64,000 nt of DNA, from assembly GCA_001687465.1 (NCBI GenBank), contig LVLI01000208.1, positions 62,001 to 126,000 of the forward strand, in the 5' to 3' direction. The stretch's first letter is position 1, and every line of letters starts with the position of its first letter. The notes beneath the pieces were generated by a model. It saw only the letters and a program-made list of their open reading frames with translations, ran no database searches and was not told where the DNA came from. A program made the translations under genes and the position numbers. This DNA comes from Halocafeteria seosinensis (lineage: Eukaryota). Below are positions 1 to 11,750 of the stretch, in pieces.

Positions 1-1681
1 GGTGTTATCCTTTGATCCTGAAGTCAGCAAGAAGCATAAAAAAGTAAAACGTTGAGATTGCTCAGGGTTTGTGTTGGATGCGTCACCCGCGACAATAGGA
101 CAAAGAACATACCTGTGATAATAGTGTCGCCTTGATAGTTGAAGGCGCAGCTAAAAATTTCGTCCGTGTGACCCTCAAGAACTTGCAAACAGTCGCCCGT
201 GGCAGCTTCCCAGACATGAGCAGTTTTATCGCTACTTGCCGATAAGATCTTGGTGCCTTGCGGGTTAAAGCAAATCTTCGATATCTCCCCCTCGTGCCCA
301 ATGAGGATAGAATTACAGTTGCCATTGTCCGCAGAATATACACGCGCAGTGCCATCAGCAGAGGCTGTGACTATTTGTGAACATGTAGTGTTGTATGCAA
401 CATCTAAAATCTCGTCCCGGTGACCACGTAGAGTGTGCAGGCAAGATGCAGTCCTTACGTCCCACATCTTACATGTTTTATCAATGCTTCCGCTAATACA
501 TTGGTCGCCTGTAAAGTTAAATTGTGTGCTACTAATTTCGCTCGTATGGCCACTAAACGTATGCACAGTCGTTCCAGTACGGACGTCCCACAGACGAACC
601 GTATGATCAAAGCTCCCTGTAATTATTAAATTGCCTGTCTGATTGAAATTCAGGCTTACGATTTCAGCCGCATGCCCCTGTGAAAATATAGAAAACGCCA
701 AATTTTATAAACGGCAAGGCTGCACACTCTATGGCAAGAAAATCACATACCGCCAGCGTATGCATCTCCTTTCCGGTTTCCACATCCCAAAGTTTGGCTG
801 TATGATCCATGCTCCCAGTCGCAACAACGTCTCCCAAGGGGTTGAAGGAAAGGCACACAATTTCTGTGTCATGTCCAGTGTAAGTGTGGAAGCATTCTCC
901 GCTATTGGCATCCCAAAGTTTTGCCGTCTTATCAAAGCTTCCTGTTAGAATCTTATCTCTGCACGATGTCACAAGCCCCAACAAGTCGACACACGTTCGT
1001 GGTGTTGCTTCCATAAAAGAATATAAACATTCGACAACAATTACCTACCCGAAAGGGTTATTGAACGCGATTGCGTACACGACATTCTTATGTCCTTCCA
1101 ATGATAGGAGTTCCTCCCCAGTCCCCGTCTCCCATACTTTGCATGTTCGATCGTAACTTCCCGTGATGAATTTGTCCCCTGCTTTGTTGAACGCACAGTT
1201 CGTTAATGGAAGGATATGCGCCCTAAGAATCTTGTACAAGTAGAAATCCCTGTTGATAACATGGTTGTTTGAACCCTGTTTTTTCTGTAATTTTCGGAGC
1301 AATTTCAGCACTTGTGGCCGTCTTCGAGCCGAGACCAGCGGATACTGTGCTATAATGTCATCTGCTACCTCTTCGATATTCGTACTGCCTCGGAAAAAAG
1401 ACGTTCAGACGACGTGAAAAGCCCCCATCAAGGACATTATGCAAGATACACGTACTCTGGTCCTAACGACAAGAGGTCAATTTCTTTCAAATGTCTCGTC
1501 CTATCCCGTTTCTCATACTCCAGCATGATACCTGTACGGTTGGTAAGGACACAATAGTATCGGTGTACCAAACTTGGGAGCCATTTGGAGCATATACGGC
1601 TCAAAACAGCGTCTGAACGGGCTCTGAGCACTCAGCCTTACCTGGAGGATAGTATCGGAGTAAGAATTTACGTAGCTTCAT
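1..1681 (-). CDS. DAW1: Dynein assembly factor with WD repeats 1 (WDR69/ODA16); multi-exon, 3' end runs off the window
   Basis: Spliced N-terminus [21 protein letters not shown]...IDLLSLGP, then [40 protein letters not shown]40 repeats and a last exon GSKDNT. GT-AG introns include 1641-1532, 750-678 and 112-18, plus two more near 1455 and 1048. Confidence 0.95.
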
Positions 1682-2004
1682 GTCGGTATTCCACTGTTTT
1701 CGACACCCGCACGACTTGCGCCACTACTGAACACTACTCTAACAACGTGAGCAATGGGCGCTACACCCTATAACAAGCACGAAATCCGCCATTAAGTGGC
1801 ATTTAAATGAACCAAACCCAAAATCGACGAAATGTTTGTTCCCCCCACGACAAAGCAACGAAAAGATTGTCTTCTTCAGGAGGCTTCGAATGGTGTGGGA
1901 CTGGTGAATGAAATGAAATGGATGAATATGCGGTTCCGTGAGCCCTTGGTTAACTACTGTTCCCACACGTTGGACACAATTTTTTCCATTGCTCTATTTG
2001 GAAA

Positions 2005-2937
2005 ATGACGATTCCCAAGTTGAAGTACCCACTGGTGCTAGCCCATGGCTTCATGGGATTTCGCAGTATTGGTCCCTTACACTATTTCGCGGTCACAGAA
2101 TACCTCGAAAAGCAGTTGAACCTCAAGGTGTACCGTCCCGAAGTCCCTGCGATGGCAAGTATCGAAGAGAGAAGCGAGGCGCTCCGGAAACAACTTCCCC
2201 CAAACCAACGTGTGAACATCATTGCGCACAGTATGGCCGGATTGGATTGTCGAAGGTTATTGTGTCCAGTAAATGGTAACCCCGATGCTGCACGGAACGT
2301 GTCCAGTTTGGTGACGTTGGGGACGCCCCACAATGGAAGCAAACTGGCGGACCGCGTCATGGCAGATTTGCGAATGTATCCCAAAGGTCGAAAGTTCCCA
2401 AGTCTATCCGCCAGATACAGATGGGATTCAAAATTGCTCGAAAAGAACTTTGGAGCCGTAGCCTGCCTGACGACAGAATATGCAGCTACTTTTAATGAAA
2501 CCGTTGTGAATAACCCGAACGTCGATTATATCAGTGTCTGCGGATATCGACCGCCGGAAGAAATATCCCCCTTCTTAAAGGCTCCGTGTTACTACCTGCA
2601 AGAACACGAAGGGAAAAATGACGGTCTCGTTTCGGTCAAGTCGGCTAATTGGGGCTCAGAGAGTCGCGTAATTAAGGCTGACCATATGGAGCTCGTGGGT
2701 TGGAAGCTTCCACTTACAGAGTCATCCTTCCTCAGCGCCCCTTTTGAGAACTCCCTGGTACAAGACGCATTCCGCTATCTTGAGCAAGCTCTTCCCTTTG
2801 GGGAGTCCTTCAAGAAAGGTTCTCAGAGTAAAAGTCGATCGGAGAAACAGAAAGAGGAAACTGCTGAACCGGAGGAGTTTCAAGCTGAAGCATTCTATCG
2901 AGACCTTATCCAAGAGCTTGCCAATAGGGGGCACTGA
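2005..2937 (+). CDS. Triacylglycerol lipase, TGL2-like alpha/beta hydrolase
   Basis: PLVLAHGFMG oxyanion motif, IIAHSMAGLDCR nucleophile elbow, TLGTPHNGS, NDGLVSVKSA (Asp) and ADHMELVGW (His); single ORF. Confidence 0.85.
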   Translation: MTIPKLKYPLVLAHGFMGFRSIGPLHYFAVTEYLEKQLNLKVYRPEVPAMASIEERSEALRKQLPPNQRVNIIAHSMAGLDCRRLLCPVNGNPDAARNVSSLVTLGTPHNGSKLADRVMADLRMYPKGRKFPSLSARYRWDSKLLEKNFGAVACLTTEYAATFNETVVNNPNVDYISVCGYRPPEEISPFLKAPCYYLQEHEGKNDGLVSVKSANWGSESRVIKADHMELVGWKLPLTESSFLSAPFENSLVQDAFRYLEQALPFGESFKKGSQSKSRSEKQKEETAEPEEFQAEAFYRDLIQELANRGH

Positions 2938-5013
2938 TCAACTTGGATGAACGATGTGATACTCATCAGATCCGCATGCCTTGCGATGACTCGTCCCCAG
3001 GGCCGCCTCATTACACTTTCTGGCTACTCGAGAACCAAACTGTATAGCACGTTTTTGAAGAGATGAGCAACAAGGTATTTGGAGTAATGTTGCCACTCGG
3101 CGAAGAATGCGTTTGTCACCTGCGCCTCGTGGTAAACGTGGATCAGTAATGATTGGAAGATCAACTTGGGCGATAAAATGCGCTACGTCTTCATCAAGAA
3201 ACGGAGCACGGATTTCACGTGAATTGGATGATATAACACGATCATCTCTTCCAAGGTTGCGTTTCCATAATCGTAAAATATCCTTGTCCATTTCCTGTCT
3301 TAGACCCTCCCAGTCGCGATGCTTGTAAGCAGTTGCATGGCGACCGTAGCCACCAAGCTGCTCATCTGCTCCGATACCAGACAACAGAACCTTGGATGTC
3401 GTCTCCACCTGTGCTGCCGAATCCGAACATGATACAGCATCGCTACACTCCACCTCACCCTTGCTATGGATTTCGGTATAGCCATTTGCAGTATCTTCTG
3501 GGAGACCTGCAACGGAATGCCATATCGTCAACGACTCTTCCAAGAGACGCTCATCACTGTCTTCAGGGTGGAGGTGTAACTCCAAATTATGCACCCTGGC
3601 AAATGAGCACAAACCCGCAACGACCATCCTGCGGATCGCGGTGACAATATCCTCGTTTGAGGCGCTACCTTGTAATCGAGATTGTGTCAGACTACCCCTG
3701 CCCCTCGATGCAAACCACAAAGCCGCTCCAATACTGTAGTCCATCCGAGTAATGCAAGGAGAAAGTAGCTCGAGAACCCTGTACTGAGAGTCAAGAGAAT
3801 TCAATGAAGTCGGATCCTCGTTCACGCAGATTAGTTGCCACAATCTATGAGGGAATCGTTGCGCTAGTTCTCTGAACCCCTCTATTGCAGTTTGCCGATC
3901 AGGGGAGTTATGGTGGGGAGAATCGAAGCACACATTAATCAAGTCGATAGGCTCATCATCGTTTACATGTAAATGCGTAAGCGCTGCCAAAACCATAGAA
4001 TCCAAACCACCTGAAAATAGCAATGCAACACGCGCGGGTACGTATGCCGAATCTACATTCTCTTGTACTACCTTTCTCGGTAGGAAAGTCACACGTCGTC
4101 TTATAGCCTCCGAAAGTGTTTGCAGTAGGCAAAACGCAACAGCGTCCAAAATATTGTGCGGACACACGGATATCGGTGCTTGTACGGCGCCATCTTTGTG
4201 TTGATAAAGGTTCGACGCAGCTAATGCAGTGGACTGAAGAGCTAGACTCATATATTTTCTTGCCTCAGCCTCAGCCTCGTTCCGTAAGGGTATATCAACA
4301 GATCCAACCTCGCGTAGCGGTAACCCTTGCTCGCAGATCCCTAGAGCAAGACTTGCTTCGCTGAAAGAAATAGCCCAGAGCTTTCCCACAGGCAATTCTT
4401 CCCATTGTTTTAACTCTGCCACCCACTGCTCATCGTCTGTGTGGTCACTCGGGGCATCGGTGGAGACCGAGGCGATAGTTAATCCTGATTTATTTCGACG
4501 CATAAGAAGGCTCCGCCGCCCCCACATATCTCTGCCAAAATACAGCTTCCGCGTCTTTTTGTGCCAAAAGATGCAACTCCATGGACCCTGTATCCCTCCC
4601 AGAAACTTTGAAAGCACTTCCTCTGTTGTCGATTCGCTTTCCACTTCCAGGCACCTGTGAAGTGCATTCAACAGAGCTCGTGTATCATTCTCCCTCTCTC
4701 CCAGAGGTACGGAGTTACCTCCAAAAACCTCCCCATTCCATAGGAGAACGTTGCCGTCGATATCTTGAAGAGGCTGAGTGATGGGAGACTCTCCTTGTAA
4801 ATGTAATAAACTTGCCGCTAGCTCGAGGCGTACTCGGACGACTTCCTCCTCTTGTTTTCCCGATGCGGCAGTGCTGTCTGACGACGCTACACGAATGTCC
4901 TGGGGAAATGAAATGACTCCGAATCCATCGGGGCCTCTGGATTTTACATTCGCGTAATTTTGCACTTTTTGGCTTCCACCGGCCACCACAACCGAAGCTG
5001 AAATTCCACACAT
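2938..5013 (-). CDS. ASNSD1: Asparagine synthetase domain-containing protein 1
   Basis: Ntn start MCGI (ATG at 5013), RGPD, LLWNGEVFG, GRDMWGRRSLL, LFSGGLDS, SPDRQTA, SGIGADEQLGGYGRH, RNLGRDDR and KRAIQFGSR. Confidence 0.92.
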   Translation of the reverse strand: MCGISASVVVAGGSQKVQNYANVKSRGPDGFGVISFPQDIRVASSDSTAASGKQEEEVVRVRLELAASLLHLQGESPITQPLQDIDGNVLLWNGEVFGGNSVPLGERENDTRALLNALHRCLEVESESTTEEVLSKFLGGIQGPWSCIFWHKKTRKLYFGRDMWGRRSLLMRRNKSGLTIASVSTDAPSDHTDDEQWVAELKQWEELPVGKLWAISFSEASLALGICEQGLPLREVGSVDIPLRNEAEAEARKYMSLALQSTALAASNLYQHKDGAVQAPISVCPHNILDAVAFCLLQTLSEAIRRRVTFLPRKVVQENVDSAYVPARVALLFSGGLDSMVLAALTHLHVNDDEPIDLINVCFDSPHHNSPDRQTAIEGFRELAQRFPHRLWQLICVNEDPTSLNSLDSQYRVLELLSPCITRMDYSIGAALWFASRGRGSLTQSRLQGSASNEDIVTAIRRMVVAGLCSFARVHNLELHLHPEDSDERLLEESLTIWHSVAGLPEDTANGYTEIHSKGEVECSDAVSCSDSAAQVETTSKVLLSGIGADEQLGGYGRHATAYKHRDWEGLRQEMDKDILRLWKRNLGRDDRVISSNSREIRAPFLDEDVAHFIAQVDLPIITDPRLPRGAGDKRILRRVATLLQIPCCSSLQKRAIQFGSRVARKCNEAALGTSHRKACGSDEYHIVHPS

Positions 5014-5326
5014 CAAATCTTCCAACTCAAATTCTTCCTGAAAACGTTATCACCTGTACAATTATTGTTTTCCATGGAAACGACGATGCTATGTGGTGCA
5101 CACACACACACACAAACTGTCCTCTTCACCTCACTTCCGGCTCGCTGTCAGCACGTACGATTCCACTTCACGGCCAACAATCTTTCCGTCTACTTACTTG
5201 GGAACCGGAAACCATGTGGGGGGCAGGAAGATTCAGAGGCTGATTTGAAAGGTTTATAAGAGCTCTTTAGCGCTCTTTTTTGGCTCGTCAGGGTCGGGGT
5301 GGAGTGGCAGTCCTCATGGTGAAACG

Positions 5327-8300
5327 ATGGTCAAACTGGATACCTCCAAAGATGAGAGCCAAGGCCTTATTGTCCTGTTTTTCGGTCTGACTTTGGGGTT
5401 ATTTGCACGAACCATTGTACGACGCTATATTCCAATCATACCGTATCCAGTGATTGTGTTACTTTTCGGAGTCCTCTTGGGTGCATTGGAACTTGCCGAT
5501 GCCGGCTCGCAGCTCGCCGATTCGGTCCAAAAATGGCTTGGTTTGAGAGCAATTTTGATCTTTGTTATCTTCCTACCGACTTTAATTTGGCATTCTGCGT
5601 CAAATATCGATTATCACGTGTTCAAACGCGCTTTGCCGCAAGTCGTCATTCTCGCACTGCCTGCCGTCTTGGGAGGCATGGCCCTCTTGACTGTAGTGGC
5701 CAAATTCATGTACAGTCAGTACCAATGGACTTGGATTGAGAGTCTTACATACGCGGCCACTTTGGCCGCCACGGATCCTGTGGCCGTCATCTCCGTTTTA
5801 CATGAGCTAGGGGCCTCGAAACCTTTGGAAACACGCATCGAAGGAGAGAGTTTGCTTAATGACGCCAGTGCATTAGTCGCCTTCAATATTATCGCACTGC
5901 ACTCAGGTACGTACCGGGATGTGAACTAGCCTAGGGGATCAACAACGAAACGATGAATGAAATGATGTCGTAATGCAGATGAACTTTCCGCAGGATTGGT
6001 TTTCGAAACTTTTTTTCGGGTCTCAGTGGGGGGCATTGCTGTGGGCTTGCTCTTTGCTCTGCTGGCCATCAAATGTGTTTCATACATTTACAATGATTCG
6101 ATCAGTGAAGTTGTTGTGACGGTCATCGCTGTTTACGGTGCCTTCATCCTTTCCGAAGTAACGGTGCTTGGTGTATCGGGGGTTCTGGCGGTCGTTGTTT
6201 TAGGAGTGATAATGGCCGGTCACGGTAAAGTCCGGATTTCATCAGATTCCGAAAGAGATGTGCATACGTTCTGGAGTATGCTGAATTATCTCGCCGAGAC
6301 GGCCATTTTCATTCTTACGGGTATCATAATCGTCGATAAAACTCGGACGGATATAGAACCTATTGACTGGGGATACATGGTACTTGGATACGTTATGGTA
6401 AGACGGCACTTCCAATCCTAGCATTCCTATCGTAAACGGATCTCAGTCTCTCCTTACAGATATATCTGATACGTGCTGTCATTTTGGGACTACTTTACCC
6501 GATACTGTCACAAATAGGTTACGGTATGAGTAAAGAGGAATTTATAGCTATAGCATGGGGTGGATTAAAAGGTACAATCAGTCTTGCGTTGGCGCTCATA
6601 GTAGAGCAAGGAGAAACGTTCGAAGAGGAATTCAAGAGAAAGGCACAATTTCATGTGTCCGGTATCGTTTTTCTGTCTCTTTTGATAAACGGTTCGTCGG
6701 CTAAGTTCGTCTTGAAGTACCTAAGAATAGGGGAGAAAAGCGAGGAAAGCCAACGGCTTTTTGAGCGGACCACTATGCACTTGGACTCGCAAATTCAAGA
6801 GAAAGCGTTGCATTTACATGGAGATAGGTTCTTGGGCGAAGCCGATTGGAAAACTGTCTGGTCTTTTATACCTGTTCATTCTCAACCAGTATTGTTGCGG
6901 AGGATATTAAATGGCCGAGTTCCCGAGAAACCGGAAAGAGTTCCTCGGATACTACAGAACCGCTGGAGAAAATATATAAAGAACTTTTATAACCAAGCTG
7001 GCTCTATTGAAGATGGAAGCGACGATAATGAATTGAACGAGAAGAGGAAAAGAGCGGCTCATAAAGAACGGAAGGTAGTGGAAAACTGGCACGATATTCT
7101 AGAACGCGGAGATTGGTGGTATCGGATTCTCTTCTGCAGAAAGCAGAACACAGAAGAAGATAACACAATATCCGCCAACAACAAGCAAGGCTCGACCAAC
7201 CAAGTCTACAACCCAGTGGCCGACAGTGACCGTGATCGAACAATGTCAGCGTTTTCGCCGATGTCTCAAACCGACACTCCCCAATTGCGGTCAGAGACTC
7301 GTCAGAGGTTCATTAAAGGGGTAGAGAACTCATATTGGTATCGATTCGAGCACGGCCTTATAGGACACCGCTCAATGACCTTGCTCACAGGTGCGGAAGC
7401 ATGGCAATACGACCGAAGCAATGAGCCAATGGCTCAGTTTAGCAATATATTATCTAAAACTTTTAGCCGTGGCTCATGCTTGAGGAAGCTGGAATTGTCG
7501 TCTTCGTTTAGCTGGCTCTCTGATATTTTGCGTCCACTGACGTTTAACGCGATCTCCGTACAGTATGACGTCGGGTGCAACTTCATAGCAGCTCATGAAC
7601 ACATGATAAAGCAAGCAAGCCAAGAATGGGGTGATCATCCCTCTGCTCGGGCCATTGCAAAGGAGAGTGCTTATCAAGTGTCACTAGCACACAAGCGAGT
7701 CACTGAAATCATCGAAGTATTTCCAGAAATTGTTAAAGCCGTCCAAACACAGCACGTTGTACGTGCCTTGCTCCGCGAAGAGTCCCATCTGGTCCACGAT
7801 TTGAAGATCCAGGGGGCTTTCGACGAAAAGGAGTACGATAAGATATCTCACGAAATCGCCACCTCTTTTTTGAAGGCCAACCATTTCCCTCAAGTCGTAA
7901 CGGAAGATATCTCTCAAACGGAGCTGCGTGAAATTCATCATTTTGCGGCTCTCTCGGACGCGGAATTAGAGGAGCTCAGAATGAATTCTCAGGAGCACTT
8001 CTTCTCTGCAGGAGACAACATATCCCTATCTGGAAAATCCAGCAATGACATATACGTAATATTACGAGGATCGGTGGATGTGGAGGTCCCCCTTCTCTCC
8101 TTGGAGACCTTGCGAAATAAAGGACTGGCCCAACCTACGGGGAAGGGTGACCGTTCAAAGGCTCCCTTCTGGCAAAGTGCAGCAGCCTCGACTAATAGAC
8201 TTTTCGCTCGATCTTCAGCAGAAGAACAAAATCCTCCGTTGTATATCAACCAGATGGGTGCAGGAAGTCTTTGTTGTGTCCCAGGTGTGCTGCTTGATAG

Positions 8301-8973
8301 TCCACGACTGGAAACCGTCACAGCAGAGACATTCGTCAAAGCGCTATCCATTGACTCTACTGTTTTGCTCAAACTAGCACGAATGAATGGCTCGTTACAA
8401 AGGTCTTTGTGGCTGGCCGCTGCATCCATTTTGGGTAACATTTGTGTGGAGAAGTTGAACGGATTAAGTCCTGTCCAGGTTCGTGTTGCATTACAGCAAT
8501 CTACTATGTATACGACGATGTTTTCCAAAGATACGTCCATTTCTGACGAATTAGTATGTTTGGATACCAAGGTAACCTTGCATCGCGGGATGGCAGTATT
8601 AGTTGTTAAAGGAGGTGTAACCAGGTTTGATCATCCTGATTCGGATAATGTCTTTGCGGTGGATTTGTTCACCACTCAGAAAACGATGAGAATAAGACTA
8701 CATAGCGAGACCGTTGCGTTTGTTTTGCGGACTGAAATTGCCCTTGAATATATAGAAAAATCACAGCCAGCACATCACGGCTCCGAAGAGGAAGGGATGG
8801 AGTCTCTCAGCAACATGAATAGAGGTGCAAGCGGCAGTTTCGTCTCGTATCGCCAACTTTCGGATGCCCTCGGCTCTATAGATGATGACGAAGACCTGGA
8901 ACGTCGGCGATCTTCAGCTGCATCAGCGTCCCGCGCACCCCCTCCAACTCCTGCCAGACCTGCTCCGAAGTAA
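5327..8973 (+). CDS. SOS1/NHX7-like (CPA1) Na+/H+ antiporter with cytosolic cyclic-nucleotide-binding-like domain; may have extra 3' exons
   Basis: About 12 hydrophobic segments, ATDPVAV, IEGESLLND, VSGVLAVV, WGGLKG. Introns 5907-5978 and 6398-6459 join three ORFs in frame. CNBD-like IYVILRGSV...PRLETVTA. Confidence 0.9.
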
Positions 8974-10002
8974 ATACTTGGCGACACCAAAAAAAGCCAC
9001 TTAAAGGAAAATATCCGTGTAGTCACTCCCTACTTGGTATTATGACTGACTAAGAAAGCGGCCTCTCTTTGGGGGAGAAACTTGGCAACAAAGAAAGGTA
9101 CTTTGTGGCTCAGCGGTTACTGTGTTGAGTGTCTCGCTTGCGCGGCTTCCGCAGAGGTGAGAGTGGCAGACCTCCCACACGTAAGCGCAGACTAGGTTTG
9201 TTCCGGTAAGAACTCTACGAATACACGTACCCACTGTAGATACGACTTCACGCCGGTTCAAGACTTCACCAACTAGCGTATTTACACGATGATAATTTGA
9301 CAAGTAACGGATACATAGCTCGTAAGAGTTTATTCCGTGGATCCCGCAATCCCGCTCATGCCTTAAGTCGCACCGCCATCATGTCACCTCGGCAGGCGCT
9401 GTATGTTTGCATATTGTTCGGGTTTATTACACATACGGCGTTACCGGAGAACCTCTTGAACCCTTCCCGTTGTTGTGGTGTAGAGACTATGACAATGATC
9501 TCCCGTTCATCAATTCTCGTGAAACTTCCCGATAGTTTTCGACAAGTTCCAGTGAATCATGTGGTGGTCCCTCAGGTGCCCGTATTTTGTCCGCTTCATC
9601 TTCTCCGCTTCTCACCTACATTTACTGTATATCAACGTTTAGATTGTACATGGGTCGTAGAACTTCTAATCTGTGAGGGTACACCCAGTTGCGAGCATCA
9701 GGAGTCTGGAGTCCAGAGTACTAAGAGGCGAGAAAGGTGATTGAGGGAATCGAGATTGAGCTCTGTAACGAATTACATGGACGCCTAATATGTCTACATG
9801 ATTGAACGCAGAAAAAATCATCCACTGGATGGTCCCGCCAAGCGAAGAGCCTCTCAGTCTCAATTAGCTCGCTTAGCCTCGCTACTGGATCTGAAACTGG
9901 CCTAGTTGTGATCGTTGTACGTTCGTATGTGAACGAAGTAGGGTAGATGGTAAATGGGCTGTATAATTCGGAAGTGTATTGGTAATCAATACGGATAGCC
10001 AT

Positions 10003-11571
10003 TTAGCGACGACGAGGACTGCGGCTCCTTCTTCGAGACCTACTCCTGCTTCTGCTGCGCCGCCTATCTCTATCCCCGTCTCTATCTCTTGGCGGGCCGC
10101 CTCCAAATCGACCTCGCCGGTCATCGCCATATCCTCCTCTCCTGTTATCAAATCCCCCTCTTCCTCCTCTTCCAAAGCCCCCGCGCCCTCGACCTGGAGG
10201 GCCACCAAACCTGTCTCCACCACGAGGGGGGCCTCTATTATCGTAGCTCCTAGTGGGGGCGGATCGCATTGCATTGGCCTGTTTCTTCTTCATTTCCACA
10301 TCTTTAACCGTTCCCACAGGCTCTCTTCCCACGTACACTTTGGATTCGTCTTTTCCGCCCTTGCGGGTTTCTCCTAAACCTCCNCCTGCCGATACCATGA
10401 GACAAATCAAGCCTCGCAAACACCCTTCGTTGAGTAAACTCGCAACATACCTAGACGACGAGGTCTCCAATCGAGCACCGTTCGACCTCGTTCAACATCC
10501 ACGACAATATTTCTCCCATCGAGACGCTTGCCATCTGCCTTCTTATACGCTCGTCGCATATCGTTTTCTTCCTCGAATTCGACGAATGCATATCCTCGGG
10601 ACTTTCCCTGCTCAACCGGGGACACAGTATCGCTTAATGGCCCTTGACAAACAGAAACAGAAAGCACTTACTTCAGTATCCCGTACTATCTTTACACTCT
10701 TTACTGGACCGTATTCTTCCATTTCTTTCTTGAGTTTCCGTTCATCTGTTTCATATGCTAATCTCCCCACGAACAATGTCTTATAAGCATCTTCTGTGGC
10801 GTTTGGATTTTCTTGTGGTTTCCCTGGAAAGAGCATACGTATTCCTTCGTCTTTTCTGTTTGACAAACAAGAAGAGAAGAAGTACTCACAATTGGGTTGT
10901 TCTTCCTCGATTCGCTCTTTATTGCGTTGAAGACTTTCCAATCTTTTACGCTGTTGACGCTGTTTGGGTGTCTCATTGATCTCTCTTTCAGGAGGTTCAT
11001 CTTCTTCAAACTGCACAAACAACCACCAGTTGAATCAATGACAGGACGTGTTAAAAATGCATAGCACACGTTGTCTTTGGGTCCCACTGGGTGCGTGGAT
11101 ATGGTGCAATATCCACGATAACTTACACAATCGAGTAATTCACTCAAGCCACTGTACGGAGGATGCTGCGCAGATTTCGGTGGAGGCTTGAATTCCAGTG
11201 GTGGTGGCGCTTCGAACATGTGAACCACATCTGTACGCAACAAACGTAGCATCCAAAGAGCGTATAAAAGGCCTTAATTAAGCTGAATGAAGACCAGAAA
11301 GTCCCTTACGAGGTGGCAAAAAGGTCGGGGGAGCGCCCTTTAAACCCTTTGGATGGCCTCTCCGATTGAAGGCCGACCCGGGCCCTTGTTGCACAGGGGT
11401 CTTGGTCGAGTACTGTTCACTTCCAGCGGGTCCTTGATTCATTATAGGTCCTGGAGGAGCCGGAGGACCTCCTGCACCCATGCCCGGAGGTGGCGGTGGC
11501 ATCATTGGGGGAGGTTGTTGCTGCCCCGGAGGGCCATATTGACCCCCCGCTTGATTATTGTAGTCTGCCAT
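10003..11571 (-). CDS. SNRNP70: U1 snRNP 70 kDa protein, 6 exons
   Basis: [29 protein letters not shown] (RNP2), [11 protein letters not shown] (RNP1), [27 protein letters not shown] tail; five in-frame GT-AG introns. Confidence 0.96.
11094..11117 (-). promoter_or_regulatory. Intronic hairpin with U1A-type AUUGCAC loop (candidate splicing-regulatory element)
   Basis: Pre-mRNA reads GUAAGU-UAU-CGUGGAU-AUUGCACCAU-AUCCACG: a perfect 7-bp stem with a 10-nt loop, starting 9 nt into intron 11126-11011. Confidence 0.5.
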
Positions 11572-11639
11572 GATGAAAAAACTGCAGTATTCTATGGGGG
11601 AAACAGGTGGAAACCCAATGAAAATGCACTAAATGGCGT

Positions 11640-11750
11640 CATCCAACTCGATCTTCCACCAGAGGCGATAATCTTTTCTGCCACTAGCGAAGATCCCTGC
11701 TGCGATGGCCTATGGGCCATCGTGGCATCGCCCATGGTCTATGGCTGGTG
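11640..11750 (-). ncRNA. Candidate structured RNA upstream of U1-70K (unassigned)
   Basis: Perfect 8-bp hairpin at 11703-11722 and an about 15-bp stem at 11650-11695 whose mismatches resolve as G-U pairs only on the minus strand. Confidence 0.3.

Noticed and set aside
1385..1455. TGATG...CTGA in a DAW1 intron as a C/D snoRNA
   Set aside because: The C box is imperfect and the two boxes are only about 15 nt apart, too close for a guide RNA.
5099..5114. (CA)n tract, and the (GT)n tract near 32895
   Set aside because: Ordinary short microsatellites.
10384..10384. Single n base in U1-70K
   Set aside because: Falls on the third position of a Gly codon; an assembly ambiguity without consequence.
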